From positions 1 to 64,000 of the IMG/VR virus record IMGVR_UViG_3300006735_000020: 64,000 bases of DNA; one strand, written 5' to 3'. Below the pieces are notes generated by a model. That model did not search any database, was not told the origin of the DNA, and saw only the letters and a list, made by a program, of their open reading frames with translations. Of this stretch, positions 50,705-60,808 are shown piece by piece. Position 1 is the first letter of the stretch. Every line of letters begins with the position of its first letter. The translations under genes were made by a program, and so were the position numbers. The stretch comes from a virus.

Positions 50705-52126
50705 TTATTTTTCAACAATATTAGTTTCACTATACTTTATCTTCTCTATATCGTAAATTTCCTTACGCTTTTCACAGTGTCTAATACCATATCTCAGTCT
50801 ATCGCAGAGATCAAATATGATAAGTTTGGATTTTAGGTTGTGCTTCCTCAAACCACGGCCAATGGATTGTACTGTACGTACAAACGACTTGCCACCCGAG
50901 GCAAAAATAATATTATGTATATTCTTGATATTAACCCCGGTAGAAAAAATAGAACTCATTGCTACACATATAACGTCATTATCTTTCTCCATTATCCTCT
51001 TTATATCCTCACGTGTTTCTACTTCAACTTCACCTCTAATAAAGTAAATTTGCTTATCTTTACATTGAGTAAGGTATTCGGATAGATTTACCCCGTGAGA
51101 AATATGATTAACAAGTATTAGGGTGTTATTCTCGAGTTTAGAACATAATTTAGTAATAAAATCGTTTCTAAAATGACTTTCATATATGTAATCTAGCTCT
51201 TCTCTGTAGTAATTATCACTATTATATGGCGGTGGTATACGATAATCTAAATTTAAGATCTTAACGTTAACATTAGCGAGGTAATCTTCTATTCTAAGTT
51301 CATAACTCGTCTTTTCGTATATAACTGGTCCTAATTTACCTATAATTGTCCACTTATCTAAGTTGTTCTCCGGGAGAGTACCAGTAAAGCCATACTTATT
51401 AGGTGTTCTTATTCTAGATACTATTTTACTAATCTTATTAGACGATTTTATCTTATGACACTCATCAACTATAAGTAGATCAACGTGCTTTAACCAGTCA
51501 TTTTGTTCAAACCTACTTTGAACAATACCTATGTTGCAGATAATAACGTTTGCAGTTAAGTCTGGCTTAATTTTACCTGTCCATTTAGTTATTTTAAAGG
51601 TAGTACCGCAGTTTAAGAACTCATCATACGTTTGAGTAACGAGCCCTAAGTCTGGAACTAATACTACACACTTAAATGTATCTCTATCCTTACTATCTCT
51701 AAAGTAATTTTCAATTAAAGCTGCTGTCGTAAAGGTTTTACCGGCACCGGTACCCAAAACACAAGTGCCAGTACCGAGTTTAAGGGCTTTTTTGATAACA
51801 TCTTCTTGATATTCCCGTAAATCAAATGCAAAGTCTTTATAAAGCTCTATATCTTTACCGACCTTTAACACTTTTTGTAGTTTATCGGTAGTTTCTGTAT
51901 CTTCTTTAGTTAAAAACTTCTTAATCTCCCAATATAGACCAACTTCACATGCACCACCTGGGGTTATAGCATACTTTCTCTGTGGTGCATATCGACCATA
52001 TCGTCTACCAAAGCGTGCAGCATCATTTATAATACTAAAATGCTGCCTTACACGGTTAAATAGATCTAAATCCTCTGTTTTTAGTAACAGCTTACGTGTT
52101 GAGGGGTTATAATCAAAAGTTATCAT
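50705..52126 (-). CDS. uvsW: SF2 DNA helicase UvsW
   Basis: LREYQ, GTGAGKT, DECH, GFTGT, QSIGRGLR. Confidence 0.92.
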   Translation of the reverse strand: MITFDYNPSTRKLLLKTEDLDLFNRVRQHFSIINDAARFGRRYGRYAPQRKYAITPGGACEVGLYWEIKKFLTKEDTETTDKLQKVLKVGKDIELYKDFAFDLREYQEDVIKKALKLGTGTCVLGTGAGKTFTTAALIENYFRDSKDRDTFKCVVLVPDLGLVTQTYDEFLNCGTTFKITKWTGKIKPDLTANVIICNIGIVQSRFEQNDWLKHVDLLIVDECHKIKSSNKISKIVSRIRTPNKYGFTGTLPENNLDKWTIIGKLGPVIYEKTSYELRIEDYLANVNVKILNLDYRIPPPYNSDNYYREELDYIYESHFRNDFITKLCSKLENNTLILVNHISHGVNLSEYLTQCKDKQIYFIRGEVEVETREDIKRIMEKDNDVICVAMSSIFSTGVNIKNIHNIIFASGGKSFVRTVQSIGRGLRKHNLKSKLIIFDLCDRLRYGIRHCEKRKEIYDIEKIKYSETNIVEK

Positions 52127-52521
52127 TAATATTGTTCCATTTTATTCATATCGATAACATTTTTGATCTCCCAATGCATATTACTAAGAATTTTTTCAAC
52201 CTTCTCAAGATATTCTATAATAGTATCTTGTTCTTTTATGTTATCGTTAAGTTTTGCAACAGATTCATACCTTTCAGCAGCTGATTCTGCAGAAGCTTGA
52301 TTAATACGTACAGGAGAATCAGCAATTACCTTCTTAACTAAGTCCTTTTTAAGCTTACTCTTTTGAGCAATCAGTTTATTGCGTTGAATCTTTGCTTCCA
52401 CAAGTCTACCAACCCAAAAATGCTTACGAGCTGGGAGTCTTTGCTGTTGTTGTTTAAGGTTGAGATCGTTTAGTACAAGATCTTCACCAATTTCTTGCAT
52501 ATACTTTTTTAGCAATTCCAC
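52126..52521 (-). CDS. uvsY: Recombination mediator UvsY
   Basis: 131-aa helical protein coupled to uvsW; C-terminal WEIKNVID pattern. Confidence 0.7.
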   Translation of the reverse strand: MELLKKYMQEIGEDLVLNDLNLKQQQQRLPARKHFWVGRLVEAKIQRNKLIAQKSKLKKDLVKKVIADSPVRINQASAESAAERYESVAKLNDNIKEQDTIIEYLEKVEKILSNMHWEIKNVIDMNKMEQY

Positions 52522-52545
52522 TCTATTATTATAAATATAATTATA

Positions 52546-52932
52546 ATGGAATCAAGTGGCAAATTTGAACGTATCTTTTTAAGAATGCTAAAAGAAGAGA
52601 TGACAGCTGGTGCTGGAGGTGCACTTGGTAGCGGATCTTCATACAATCCACCCGGAGATGTAAGTTCTGGTGATACTTATGCTCCAGGTGATGCTAGATT
52701 ACCCAAGGCTCTTGGAGCAGTCCAAACACGTAAAGGTACAGCAGGTAAGAAGAAGAAAAGGAAAAGAAAAGAGGAGAACGAAGAGGGGTTTCCTGAGGAA
52801 GATGCAGAAAAGAAAAAGAAAGCTGATAGATGTAAGCGTAGGGCTGATTCCGCTTATGGTAAAAAGACTTCTGCTTACAAATCTGGAGCAATCGTAAGGT
52901 GTAGACAGGGAAAAATCTGGAAAAAGAAATGA
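52546..52932 (+). CDS. Late protein with C-terminal basic Cys-containing module
   Basis: TATAAATA upstream; EDAE followed by ADRCKRRA...TSAYKSGAIVRCR. Confidence 0.65.
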   Translation: MESSGKFERIFLRMLKEEMTAGAGGALGSGSSYNPPGDVSSGDTYAPGDARLPKALGAVQTRKGTAGKKKKRKRKEENEEGFPEEDAEKKKKADRCKRRADSAYGKKTSAYKSGAIVRCRQGKIWKKK

Positions 52933-53360
52933 GCATGTCACAAAAAGAGGTTCTTGAAGCTAGTGACTCTTTGCGACAGTGGTTTAAGAGAGGTGGAACT
53001 GATCCTAAGACTGGTAAGAAGTTTAAAGGGTGGGTAAATTGCAAGACTGGTGGCCCATGTGGTCGTAAATCTAAAAAATCCGGTGGTAGTTACCCGGCTT
53101 GTCGACCAACTAAAGCGGCTTGTAAGAGTATCAAGGGTAAGATGTATAAGAAAAAAGGACCTAAGCGTGTTAACTGGAAGAAGAAAAAGAGAAAGAGTGA
53201 AAACGCTGAAGATGTGCATAAGCCTGTTAAGCCTGGTATCTTAAAAAAGAGATTAGGTAAGTTATCTTGTAGTAAGGTGAGAGGTGCGAAGGGTAAGTTA
53301 AAGGATAAGGGTACGCATTACGCAAAAGCACTACAACGCTATTTAAATTATCATTGTTAG
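52929..53360 (+). CDS. Basic Cys-rich late protein with two modules
   Basis: SLRQWF...WVNCKTGGPCGR...YPACRP; ENAE; KPGILK...LSC. Confidence 0.65.
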   Translation: MSMSQKEVLEASDSLRQWFKRGGTDPKTGKKFKGWVNCKTGGPCGRKSKKSGGSYPACRPTKAACKSIKGKMYKKKGPKRVNWKKKKRKSENAEDVHKPVKPGILKKRLGKLSCSKVRGAKGKLKDKGTHYAKALQRYLNYHC

Positions 53361-53373
53361 CATAAATATTGTT

Positions 53374-53808
53374 ATGCAATTCGACGAATTAGTAAAGCAA
53401 ATCTTAGAAGCTAAAGAAGCACCAAAGGGTAAGCATTATAACTCTGCCGGTCAGTTGAGAAAAGGCGATGCTGATTCAGATGGCCGTGGAGGTCCAAAGT
53501 ATAGGTCTGATCCTACTTACAATAACCCTAATGATCCGGATGATGAGGAGATTCCTGCTGAAGACGCTGAGAAAGTCGATAAGGATCGTATGAAGTGTAA
53601 CAGTCCTCGTCGTACTTCAGGTGGTTCTAAGAAATTCGTTGTTAAAGCTTGTAAAGATGGTAAAGAAAAGATTGTTCGCTTTGGAGATCCAAATATGAAG
53701 ATCAAAAAGAGCAATCCTAAGCGTAGAAAGTCGTTCCGCGCACGTCATAAGTGTGATCAGAAAAAGGATAAGTTCTCTGCTGGTTACTGGAGTTGTAAAA
53801 AATGGTAG
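53374..53808 (+). CDS. Basic late protein with conserved phage C-terminal module
   Basis: EDAE then KKFVVKAC...VRFGDPNM...RRKSFRARHKC...AGYWSCKKW. Confidence 0.7.
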   Translation: MQFDELVKQILEAKEAPKGKHYNSAGQLRKGDADSDGRGGPKYRSDPTYNNPNDPDDEEIPAEDAEKVDKDRMKCNSPRRTSGGSKKFVVKACKDGKEKIVRFGDPNMKIKKSNPKRRKSFRARHKCDQKKDKFSAGYWSCKKW

Positions 53809-53821
53809 ATAAATACGCCAT

Positions 53822-54610
53822 ATGGCGGTCGTAGATAAATACCTCAAAAACAGCTTTGCAGGGACTTTGCTTCCTGATGAGTGTGAGCAAAAAAACATTA
53901 ATGTATTAACTCAAGTACACGAAGTTTTACAGATGAGATTGTTTTCTTATCTTATAGAACAAGAGTGTATTAAAGATAAAAATGACACTATTAGTATGAT
54001 TGAGTTAGGTGCTGATGATGGTGAATATACTCATATTTTTCGTAAAGTAGTTTCTTTGTTTGATAAAAAAAGCTTTAACATATGTACTGATGCTATGTTA
54101 CATAGGGTCGAAAGCTTAGAAGATAGATTTGAAGGTGAAAATGTAAAGTTATATCATGGATATTCAGGTGTATTCGATAAAAAATCGCATGAAGATGAGG
54201 CGGTTCCAGCAGGTTATTTTAGCGCAAAAAAAATTACAATGCGAGAACTCTTCACAAAAAATAATTTAGATTATTTAAATTTTTTACATATTGATATTCA
54301 GGGTGGGGAAGAAGAGTTAATTACAGAGATTATTAATGAAGATTTATATGATAAAATAGGTTATTATTTTATTTCTACTCATGATATTGACAGACATTTA
54401 AGAGTATTGAGTGCATTAAAAAATAATGGTCACGTAGTGTTTGATATAGCAGAGCCAGCGACTGGGTGGGCTTTTGGTGATGGTTTTATTTTAGCTACAA
54501 ATAAAAAACAATCGTTATCACCAAGAGATATACCATTAGAATATATGCATTTTAATACTAAATTTAATGATCCTCCAGAAATCCGGGGCATAATACGGTA
54601 TAATTTATGA
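53822..54610 (+). CDS. FkbM-like SAM-dependent methyltransferase
   Basis: MIELGADDGEY, FLHIDIQGGE, FISTH; late motif upstream. Confidence 0.7.
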   Translation: MAVVDKYLKNSFAGTLLPDECEQKNINVLTQVHEVLQMRLFSYLIEQECIKDKNDTISMIELGADDGEYTHIFRKVVSLFDKKSFNICTDAMLHRVESLEDRFEGENVKLYHGYSGVFDKKSHEDEAVPAGYFSAKKITMRELFTKNNLDYLNFLHIDIQGGEEELITEIINEDLYDKIGYYFISTHDIDRHLRVLSALKNNGHVVFDIAEPATGWAFGDGFILATNKKQSLSPRDIPLEYMHFNTKFNDPPEIRGIIRYNL

Positions 54611-55005
54611 AAGATTTAGGCCATTGGAAAGGAATTCTCGAAGAAAGTGTAGAGCTACCTTATGGTTTCATTTATAAGATAACTAATCTTACTAATGACA
54701 AAAAGTATATTGGTAAGAAGCAGTGTCAGTCAATAAGAAAGCGTCCTCCTCTGAAAGGTAAGAAGAATAAACGACATCAAAAAATAGAAACTGACTGGAA
54801 GACCTATACTTCCTCATCAAACGAACTCAATGAACATATAAGAATACTCGGAAAGGTTAATTTTAAGTTTGAAATCCTTAGATGGTGCGATTCCAAGTGG
54901 GAGTTGAGTTATCATGAAACTAGATTACAATTTGAAGAAGAGGTATTACTAAGAGATGACTATTACAACGGAATTATCAACGTCAGAATCGGAAGGCGTA
55001 AATGA
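54607..55005 (+). CDS. GIY-YIG family endonuclease
   Basis: YGFIYKITN...YIGKK, WKTYTSS, YYNG. Confidence 0.8.
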   Translation: MKDLGHWKGILEESVELPYGFIYKITNLTNDKKYIGKKQCQSIRKRPPLKGKKNKRHQKIETDWKTYTSSSNELNEHIRILGKVNFKFEILRWCDSKWELSYHETRLQFEEEVLLRDDYYNGIINVRIGRRK

Positions 55006-55450
55006 TACCATACGTGGTTTTGAGTTTATTAACCTTAATAAGTGTCTTAACAAGTCTTTCAATGAATATCTTCTTTATATTACCGAGCATGAGCTAAAAT
55101 TAACTCGAAAAGAGAAGAATAAGCTTGGTATACACTTCATTATTAAAGAACTTATAAGTGTATGTTCTAAGACTAGTAATAAGAAATGGTTTTACTACAA
55201 GACAGACGGTAAAACAATCGAACATACACTGGTTAAGCGTATTTTTAATGCACTACCTACTAATATATCATATAGTGAAGATAGCTTTGATACGTTTTTA
55301 GAAGAAAGAGACTACATTTCATTTAAAAAGAAAGATACATCAGCTGTTTCTTTCTATAAATTTAGACTTTTCCTTCGAAGATACGAATTGCAGCAAATTG
55401 AAAGTGAGTTTCTATCTAATATAAATATAAAACTCTCACTACTTCCATAA
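54956..55450 (+). CDS. Hypothetical protein
   Basis: 164-aa ORF; start uncertain. Confidence 0.55.
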   Translation: MTITTELSTSESEGVNDTIRGFEFINLNKCLNKSFNEYLLYITEHELKLTRKEKNKLGIHFIIKELISVCSKTSNKKWFYYKTDGKTIEHTLVKRIFNALPTNISYSEDSFDTFLEERDYISFKKKDTSAVSFYKFRLFLRRYELQQIESEFLSNINIKLSLLP

Positions 55451-55458
55451 ATATATAC

Positions 55459-55872
55459 ATGAGTAAGTTTCTAAGACTGGTAGAAGAGAATCGACCAGGT
55501 GAAGATAAATATACTGTGGAGTTAAGAGACGTAAACGGTGAAATAGTCGATTCTTTTGATATGTTTGGCGTGAGTAGCCCTTTCGATATTTTTGATAGCT
55601 TTAAGCGAGAGTATGCTCCCGAGATTCCCGTAGAAGATCAAGAGGTTACCATGGGAAATAAAAATCCATACGATGTTGATAAGGAAGTTAATAAGTTAGC
55701 TAATCAAGCTAAGGGTGGTGTAATGGGTAAGATTGCAGGAGCAATGGGAACAGCACCGCAAGAAGCTAAAAAGGCCGTAAAAATGAGATCAGACCTTGCA
55801 AAAAAAGCTGTAGAACTATATAAACAACAAACTGGTAAGTTATCTAACGCAATTGATGACGCAAAAGTATAA
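55459..55872 (+). CDS. Late hypothetical protein, probable head-internal
   Basis: TAAATA-N5-ATG; leader MSKFLRLVEE; internal EDQE. Confidence 0.6.
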   Translation: MSKFLRLVEENRPGEDKYTVELRDVNGEIVDSFDMFGVSSPFDIFDSFKREYAPEIPVEDQEVTMGNKNPYDVDKEVNKLANQAKGGVMGKIAGAMGTAPQEAKKAVKMRSDLAKKAVELYKQQTGKLSNAIDDAKV

Positions 55873-55877
55873 AAATC

Positions 55878-56225
55878 ATGAAAAAGACATTACAATTATT
55901 TGAACAATATAAAAGGCTTTATTCAGAGCAGGATGAGGTAGAAGAAGTCGATGTTGATGTTGATGTCGAAGCTGATGCTACTGATGCAGAGGATATTCCA
56001 CCGGAGCCTACTGGTATTTCACCTGAAGGTGAGGTATATGTCGCTGATCTGTTAACTAATGCCTTTATATATGCACCAGCTATGCAAGATATTAACATTG
56101 CTGCACAAGTGAATAAAGAATTTGGTAGGACACAGCCTAGAAAGGTCATTGAAACGATTGAAAGATTGATCGAATTTTCAAATGAAGAGGTTGAACAAGA
56201 ACTTGAAGACTTAGACGCACAATAA
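55878..56225 (+). CDS. Acidic hypothetical protein, probable head-internal
   Basis: Leader MKKTLQLFEQYKRLYSE; very acidic. Confidence 0.6.
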   Translation: MKKTLQLFEQYKRLYSEQDEVEEVDVDVDVEADATDAEDIPPEPTGISPEGEVYVADLLTNAFIYAPAMQDINIAAQVNKEFGRTQPRKVIETIERLIEFSNEEVEQELEDLDAQ

Positions 56226-56226
56226 C

Positions 56227-57618
56227 ATGCAGTGGTCATTAGAAGACATTTATAAAAAGCAGGTACGTGGTATTATTCCACCGCGTAGACATCTTCGCGT
56301 ATTGGGTGAAAAGTTTAATTTAGAGGATGCGCCGGGGCTTGAACGTGTAAGAAAAGAGTTAAGCGGGGAAACGCCTATAAGAGCTAATTTATCGTTTATT
56401 GGTAAGCAAATTAATAGTAAAGAGGATATTGAGAAGTTGAATTTAGATCCAGAGATGGAAGAATATCTTAAGAAGACTCTATCGTATTGTTTAACACTTC
56501 CGGAAGAGGACCGTGAGGCTTGCTGGCAGGAATTAGCAGGGAAGGTTAAAACACATCCTATTGATAATATACTTACAAGATATCTTGTGTCAAGAGATTG
56601 GCCGAGTGTTTCTGCAGGTAAATATGCAGGTGAGTTAGTTAAATTACTTACTAAGGATGTAGATGATATGAGAGGATTTAGTACAAAAGATCTAGAGGAT
56701 TATATTGAGGGAAATATAGCTAAACCTAATTTTGGTACTGAAACAAAAGGCAATCTTGTAACTGACTTAGGTAAGATTAAAGTACCTAGTGATTTTGTAT
56801 ATAAACTTATGCAGCATAAGACTCAGGATGAAAAAATAAGAGGAGTTGGAATGGGTGAGCTTGCGATGACTATATTCTTTGATAATGTTAAAGCAGCGAC
56901 AGGTAAAGGAGATTTAAGTATAGACGATCAGGAATTAGAAATTAAGGGGCATGGAGCAGCTTTAGGGGCAACTGGGGATCAAAGATTAGATATTAGGGAG
57001 TTGGTTAAAAAACCTTTAGAAGCGGGAGGGTTAGGTATTGGTTATAAGGATGTTTTAGCAAAAACAGGTAAGTTAAGGTTCACAGGACCGACTTATGGTG
57101 GTAAGATTTACAATGCTGCAAATTTTGCACAAGCTATTGCAGATGCGTACGCGGATGCGCGCGATAAAAAGAGATTTAAAGATAACTTTTGGACTATTAT
57201 AGAGAAAAACTTTAACTCTGGTCAAAAAGGTGAAATGGGTAACGAACAAGATGTTAAGAGGGTATATGATGAGATAGATTTGACGAGTGCAGACGATATT
57301 AATAGTACTATAGCATTAATGAATTTTGTTAGATATATTAGTAAAGAGGAGGTTAATCACTTTATGGTGCATGATTTTGGATCTAGAGGGAAGATTGCAA
57401 AAACAACTGGGGATTATGGACCGAGTACACCAGCGAATAGAGGAGATTATATTTACGTACACGGTGAGCCTCTAGAAATGGCACAACAATTAAGTGAGCT
57501 AGGAGAGAAAGTTGGATTTGAGCGTATACAGCTTAATAACTTAAGGCCACGGATAGGGTTACCAATGCACGGTGGAGGGTTCTACGGAGCTCCAACTGTA
57601 TTAAAAGACAAATATTAA
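56227..57618 (+). CDS. Hypothetical protein with PD-(D/E)xK nuclease-like motif
   Basis: GVGMGELAM...KGDLSID.QELEIKG. Confidence 0.5.
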   Translation: MQWSLEDIYKKQVRGIIPPRRHLRVLGEKFNLEDAPGLERVRKELSGETPIRANLSFIGKQINSKEDIEKLNLDPEMEEYLKKTLSYCLTLPEEDREACWQELAGKVKTHPIDNILTRYLVSRDWPSVSAGKYAGELVKLLTKDVDDMRGFSTKDLEDYIEGNIAKPNFGTETKGNLVTDLGKIKVPSDFVYKLMQHKTQDEKIRGVGMGELAMTIFFDNVKAATGKGDLSIDDQELEIKGHGAALGATGDQRLDIRELVKKPLEAGGLGIGYKDVLAKTGKLRFTGPTYGGKIYNAANFAQAIADAYADARDKKRFKDNFWTIIEKNFNSGQKGEMGNEQDVKRVYDEIDLTSADDINSTIALMNFVRYISKEEVNHFMVHDFGSRGKIAKTTGDYGPSTPANRGDYIYVHGEPLEMAQQLSELGEKVGFERIQLNNLRPRIGLPMHGGGFYGAPTVLKDKY

Positions 57619-57621
57619 AAA

Positions 57622-58830
57622 ATGAAAAAATTTAAACTATATTTCGAAGATTACTTAGAGCTCCTTGAAGAGGGTAAGGCTAATACACATCTCACACACT
57701 TAGAAGAACTAATTCTTACTAAAGGTAAGGGTGGTTATGATCAAGCTAAGGGCTTTTTAGTTAATTTACTCGGTCATTTACAGGGAAAGAGTAAGAGAAA
57801 GATCGGTACTACAGTAAAATGGGACGGTGCGCCTGCTATCTTCGCTGGAAAGCACCCTGATACCGGTAAATTCTTTGTTGGTACTAAGTCTATCTTTAAT
57901 AGAGATCCTAAAATTAACTATAATGAGCAAGATGTTGAAATAAATCACGGGCATTCACCTGGTTTAGCAGATAAGCTTAAAAAAGCTCTTAAGCATTTAC
58001 CTAAATTAGGTATCAAAAACATAATGCAAGGTGATTTCATGTTTGACTCTTCATCAGTTAAGAAAGAGAACATCGACGGTGAGGTACATTATACCTTTCA
58101 ACCAAATACAATTAAGTATGCAGTAGAAGCTGACTCAGATTTAGGTAAACAGATAGCTAACTCCGTGTTTGGTATTATATTCCACACTGAATATGATGGA
58201 TTGGACAGCCCTGCATCATTTGGTGCTAAGGTTAACCGGTTGAATAAGGTGCCCGGTGTTTGGTTTGATGATGCTTTCTTTAAAGACGATACTGGCATTG
58301 TAAATTTAACAGATGATGAGGTAAAACAGGTTAGAGACTTAATTAAGACCGCTGATTCAATTAAAGTAGATTATAAAGACCTACCTTCCGACCTACTCAA
58401 CCCTTATATCAATACAGAAATTAGAGAAGGTAAGTTCTTAAATGATCCAGAAGAATCTTATAGGAACTTTATTGAGTGGTATACTACTAGAATTAAAAAA
58501 GAAATAGATAAAAGAAAATCTGTACGTGGTAAACAGAAATTAGAAGAGACACTTAAGCAAAAGACGGCTCAGTTTGAATCACAAAAGAGTGATATAGTTA
58601 ATTTGTTTAAGGTTAGTAGTTTGTTGTCGCAGGCTAAACAGATCTTTATTAACAAGTATAATAATGCTGTATATAACACTAAACACTTCATTGATGAAGG
58701 TGAGGGTGTGCTGAGGGTCACTGCTCCTGAGGGATATGTAGCAGTTGATAGAGATGGTAATGCTGTTAAGCTTGTTAACAGATTAGATTTTAGTTCAGCT
58801 AACTTTCAAAAAGATAAACCTGGGTCATGA
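57622..58830 (+). CDS. ATP-dependent ligase-like nucleotidyltransferase
   Basis: TVKWDGAP (KxDG), QGDFMF, EGYV, VKLV in ligase motif order. Confidence 0.65.
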   Translation: MKKFKLYFEDYLELLEEGKANTHLTHLEELILTKGKGGYDQAKGFLVNLLGHLQGKSKRKIGTTVKWDGAPAIFAGKHPDTGKFFVGTKSIFNRDPKINYNEQDVEINHGHSPGLADKLKKALKHLPKLGIKNIMQGDFMFDSSSVKKENIDGEVHYTFQPNTIKYAVEADSDLGKQIANSVFGIIFHTEYDGLDSPASFGAKVNRLNKVPGVWFDDAFFKDDTGIVNLTDDEVKQVRDLIKTADSIKVDYKDLPSDLLNPYINTEIREGKFLNDPEESYRNFIEWYTTRIKKEIDKRKSVRGKQKLEETLKQKTAQFESQKSDIVNLFKVSSLLSQAKQIFINKYNNAVYNTKHFIDEGEGVLRVTAPEGYVAVDRDGNAVKLVNRLDFSSANFQKDKPGS

Positions 58831-59366
58831 GAACATTTAGAGAATATTTTGAAGATATGGAGACAAGAGTTGAGCGAATCGCTCTTCTCCCCGGTGGTTT
58901 TAAGCCCCCTACAAAGGGTCACTTTAATGCTTTAAGGTATTTGCTTGATGATGCTGATAAGGGTATTGTTTTTATTGGTGGTAAGGCGCGTGAGGGTATC
59001 ACACCAGAGCAATCAGAGAAGATATGGAACATATATGCAAAATATTTTGATAAGCCTGTAGAGGTTGTGCATGTACCAAACCCAGTAAGGGCGGTTTATG
59101 ACTTTGCTGACGAACATTTAGACAGTACATTACTTGTTGGTGCTGGTGAAAAGGATGAAGATGTTAAGCGTTACAAATATTTTATAGATAATGTTGAAAA
59201 GTATCCATATGTTAATGTAGTTAAGATACCAATGCAAGAAGGTGGTATATCTGGTAGTGAAACAAGAGAGATGATACAAAAAAATATTGACGAGTCGTTA
59301 GATTACTTTGTACCTGAAGAGATATCCATTGAAGATAGAGATCAAATAAAAGCAATATTGGTATAA
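58827..59366 (+). CDS. HxGH-family nucleotidyltransferase (cytidylyltransferase-like)
   Basis: PGGFKPPTKGH and ISGSETRE. Confidence 0.78.
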   Translation: MRTFREYFEDMETRVERIALLPGGFKPPTKGHFNALRYLLDDADKGIVFIGGKAREGITPEQSEKIWNIYAKYFDKPVEVVHVPNPVRAVYDFADEHLDSTLLVGAGEKDEDVKRYKYFIDNVEKYPYVNVVKIPMQEGGISGSETREMIQKNIDESLDYFVPEEISIEDRDQIKAILV

Positions 59367-59374
59367 ATAATATT

Positions 59375-59794
59375 ATGAGAGATAAGAAACGTAAAGAGAA
59401 AGCTATGCTTGAAGAAGCGTACGGAAGGGTCAACGAGATGTTAGGACCTCATAATAACCCTTATCCTCAAGAGATGACAATAGCAGTGCCTGTACCAGCA
59501 GAAGATGAAAGCTGTGGAGAGTATGATCAATCAGAAATCGATATGGCTGGTAGAGACCTTCTCAAAGCTCAAGAGTACGCAGCTAAGTTAACCGCTATGG
59601 TACAGCAGGTTCCAGGTTTAGATGGATGGGTTTCCGCTAAGATAACAAAAGCTTCAGATTATCTTTCTTCTGTATACCATTTTCTCGATTATGAGCTACG
59701 TGAAAAGCCACAGGAGGCAGTGATAGACGTAGAGGAGATTGAAGCTCCTGTAGAAGTCTTCAATGTTGGGTATGAAGAAGCAGAAAACACTTGA
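59375..59794 (+). CDS. Late hypothetical protein, probable head-internal
   Basis: TATAAATA upstream; LDGWVSAKITKASDYL helical motif. Confidence 0.6.
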   Translation: MRDKKRKEKAMLEEAYGRVNEMLGPHNNPYPQEMTIAVPVPAEDESCGEYDQSEIDMAGRDLLKAQEYAAKLTAMVQQVPGLDGWVSAKITKASDYLSSVYHFLDYELREKPQEAVIDVEEIEAPVEVFNVGYEEAENT

Positions 59795-59818
59795 CCTCAT
59801 TCTTAGATAACAGTTGTT

Positions 59819-60259
59819 ATGAAAAAATTTAATCAATTCTTCCTCGAAAAACAAGTTTTAGGACTCATCGAGTTCTTTGACGTAGATGGTATTGGTAAGA
59901 TACCATCAAAGCTTGACTCCGGTAACGGAGCATTTAACGTTATACATGGGGAAGATATACAAGTACAGGGTAATAAAGTGCTTTTTAAGACAGTTAACAA
60001 TCAACATCTTATGAAAGATAAGGTGGACGACATTGTTATTAACGTTGGTGCTGGTAATACAGAAGAAAGACCTGTAGTTAACTTTGATCTTAAGATTGGT
60101 AATAAAGAATTTAAAGATATACCCTTTTCAATTGGTAATAGATCTTCTAACCTATTTAAAATCTTAGTAAGTAAAGATTTTATTGAAAAAGAGCTTGATG
60201 CTCTTATCGATGTTAGTCAAGAAAACATCGCTGATAGTGAAATTGAAGCTACTTATTAA
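59819..60259 (+). CDS. Retropepsin-like aspartic protease (RimK-associated family)
   Basis: SKLDSGNG active-site motif, ERPVV, FSIGNR. Confidence 0.72.
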   Translation: MKKFNQFFLEKQVLGLIEFFDVDGIGKIPSKLDSGNGAFNVIHGEDIQVQGNKVLFKTVNNQHLMKDKVDDIVINVGAGNTEERPVVNFDLKIGNKEFKDIPFSIGNRSSNLFKILVSKDFIEKELDALIDVSQENIADSEIEATY

Positions 60260-60786
60260 TACCAAGTAGGCTTCCAACGTAACGTCCAAGTAGCAAAGTC
60301 TTTATCATGACGAATATACTCTCTATATTTGTCAATGGTTGAAAGATTATTAAAATCTTTTACCTTTCTACAATCACAATCGTCACTAATAGCTACTGCA
60401 TAATTAGTTAGACCGGTTTTATTCATAATAGTATTATGAATATTCTTACCGCACCATTCAATAAACGTTTTTGTAAAATGCTCGTTTGATTCAGGCCATC
60501 TATACATACGCTCAGTAAACATTTCCAATGTATGATCAACTAACCACTTAAAGTTATCTTTAGTTTCGCGAGCCCATATAGAGCATTGATGATTAAAGTA
60601 CCCTTTACCTCTTCTTCGAGGTTTACCGGTAGAAGTTCTTGGAGTAGATGGATGATCTAATACTTCTTGAGGAAATGCATGAGCTAACATAATAGCCCCT
60701 TCAATTTGCATCTTTGATCTTACGTGTTGATCACAGAGATTATAAGTAGAGACGATAGGATCGTCATCCGTTACAAAAATATTCAT
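60256..60786 (-). CDS. denV: Pyrimidine-dimer DNA glycosylase / endonuclease V family
   Basis: MNIFVTDDDP...DQHV.SKM.IE...ML, HQCSIWAR, YREY. Confidence 0.7.
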   Translation of the reverse strand: MNIFVTDDDPIVSTYNLCDQHVRSKMQIEGAIMLAHAFPQEVLDHPSTPRTSTGKPRRRGKGYFNHQCSIWARETKDNFKWLVDHTLEMFTERMYRWPESNEHFTKTFIEWCGKNIHNTIMNKTGLTNYAVAISDDCDCRKVKDFNNLSTIDKYREYIRHDKDFATWTLRWKPTWY

Positions 60787-60808
60787 TCCTTTATTGTAAA
60801 GTCGTTCC

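Noticed and set aside
54607-55005. Mobile homing endonuclease
   Set aside because: Short stand-alone GIY-YIG domain with no DNA-binding extension or intron context; treated as a resident gene
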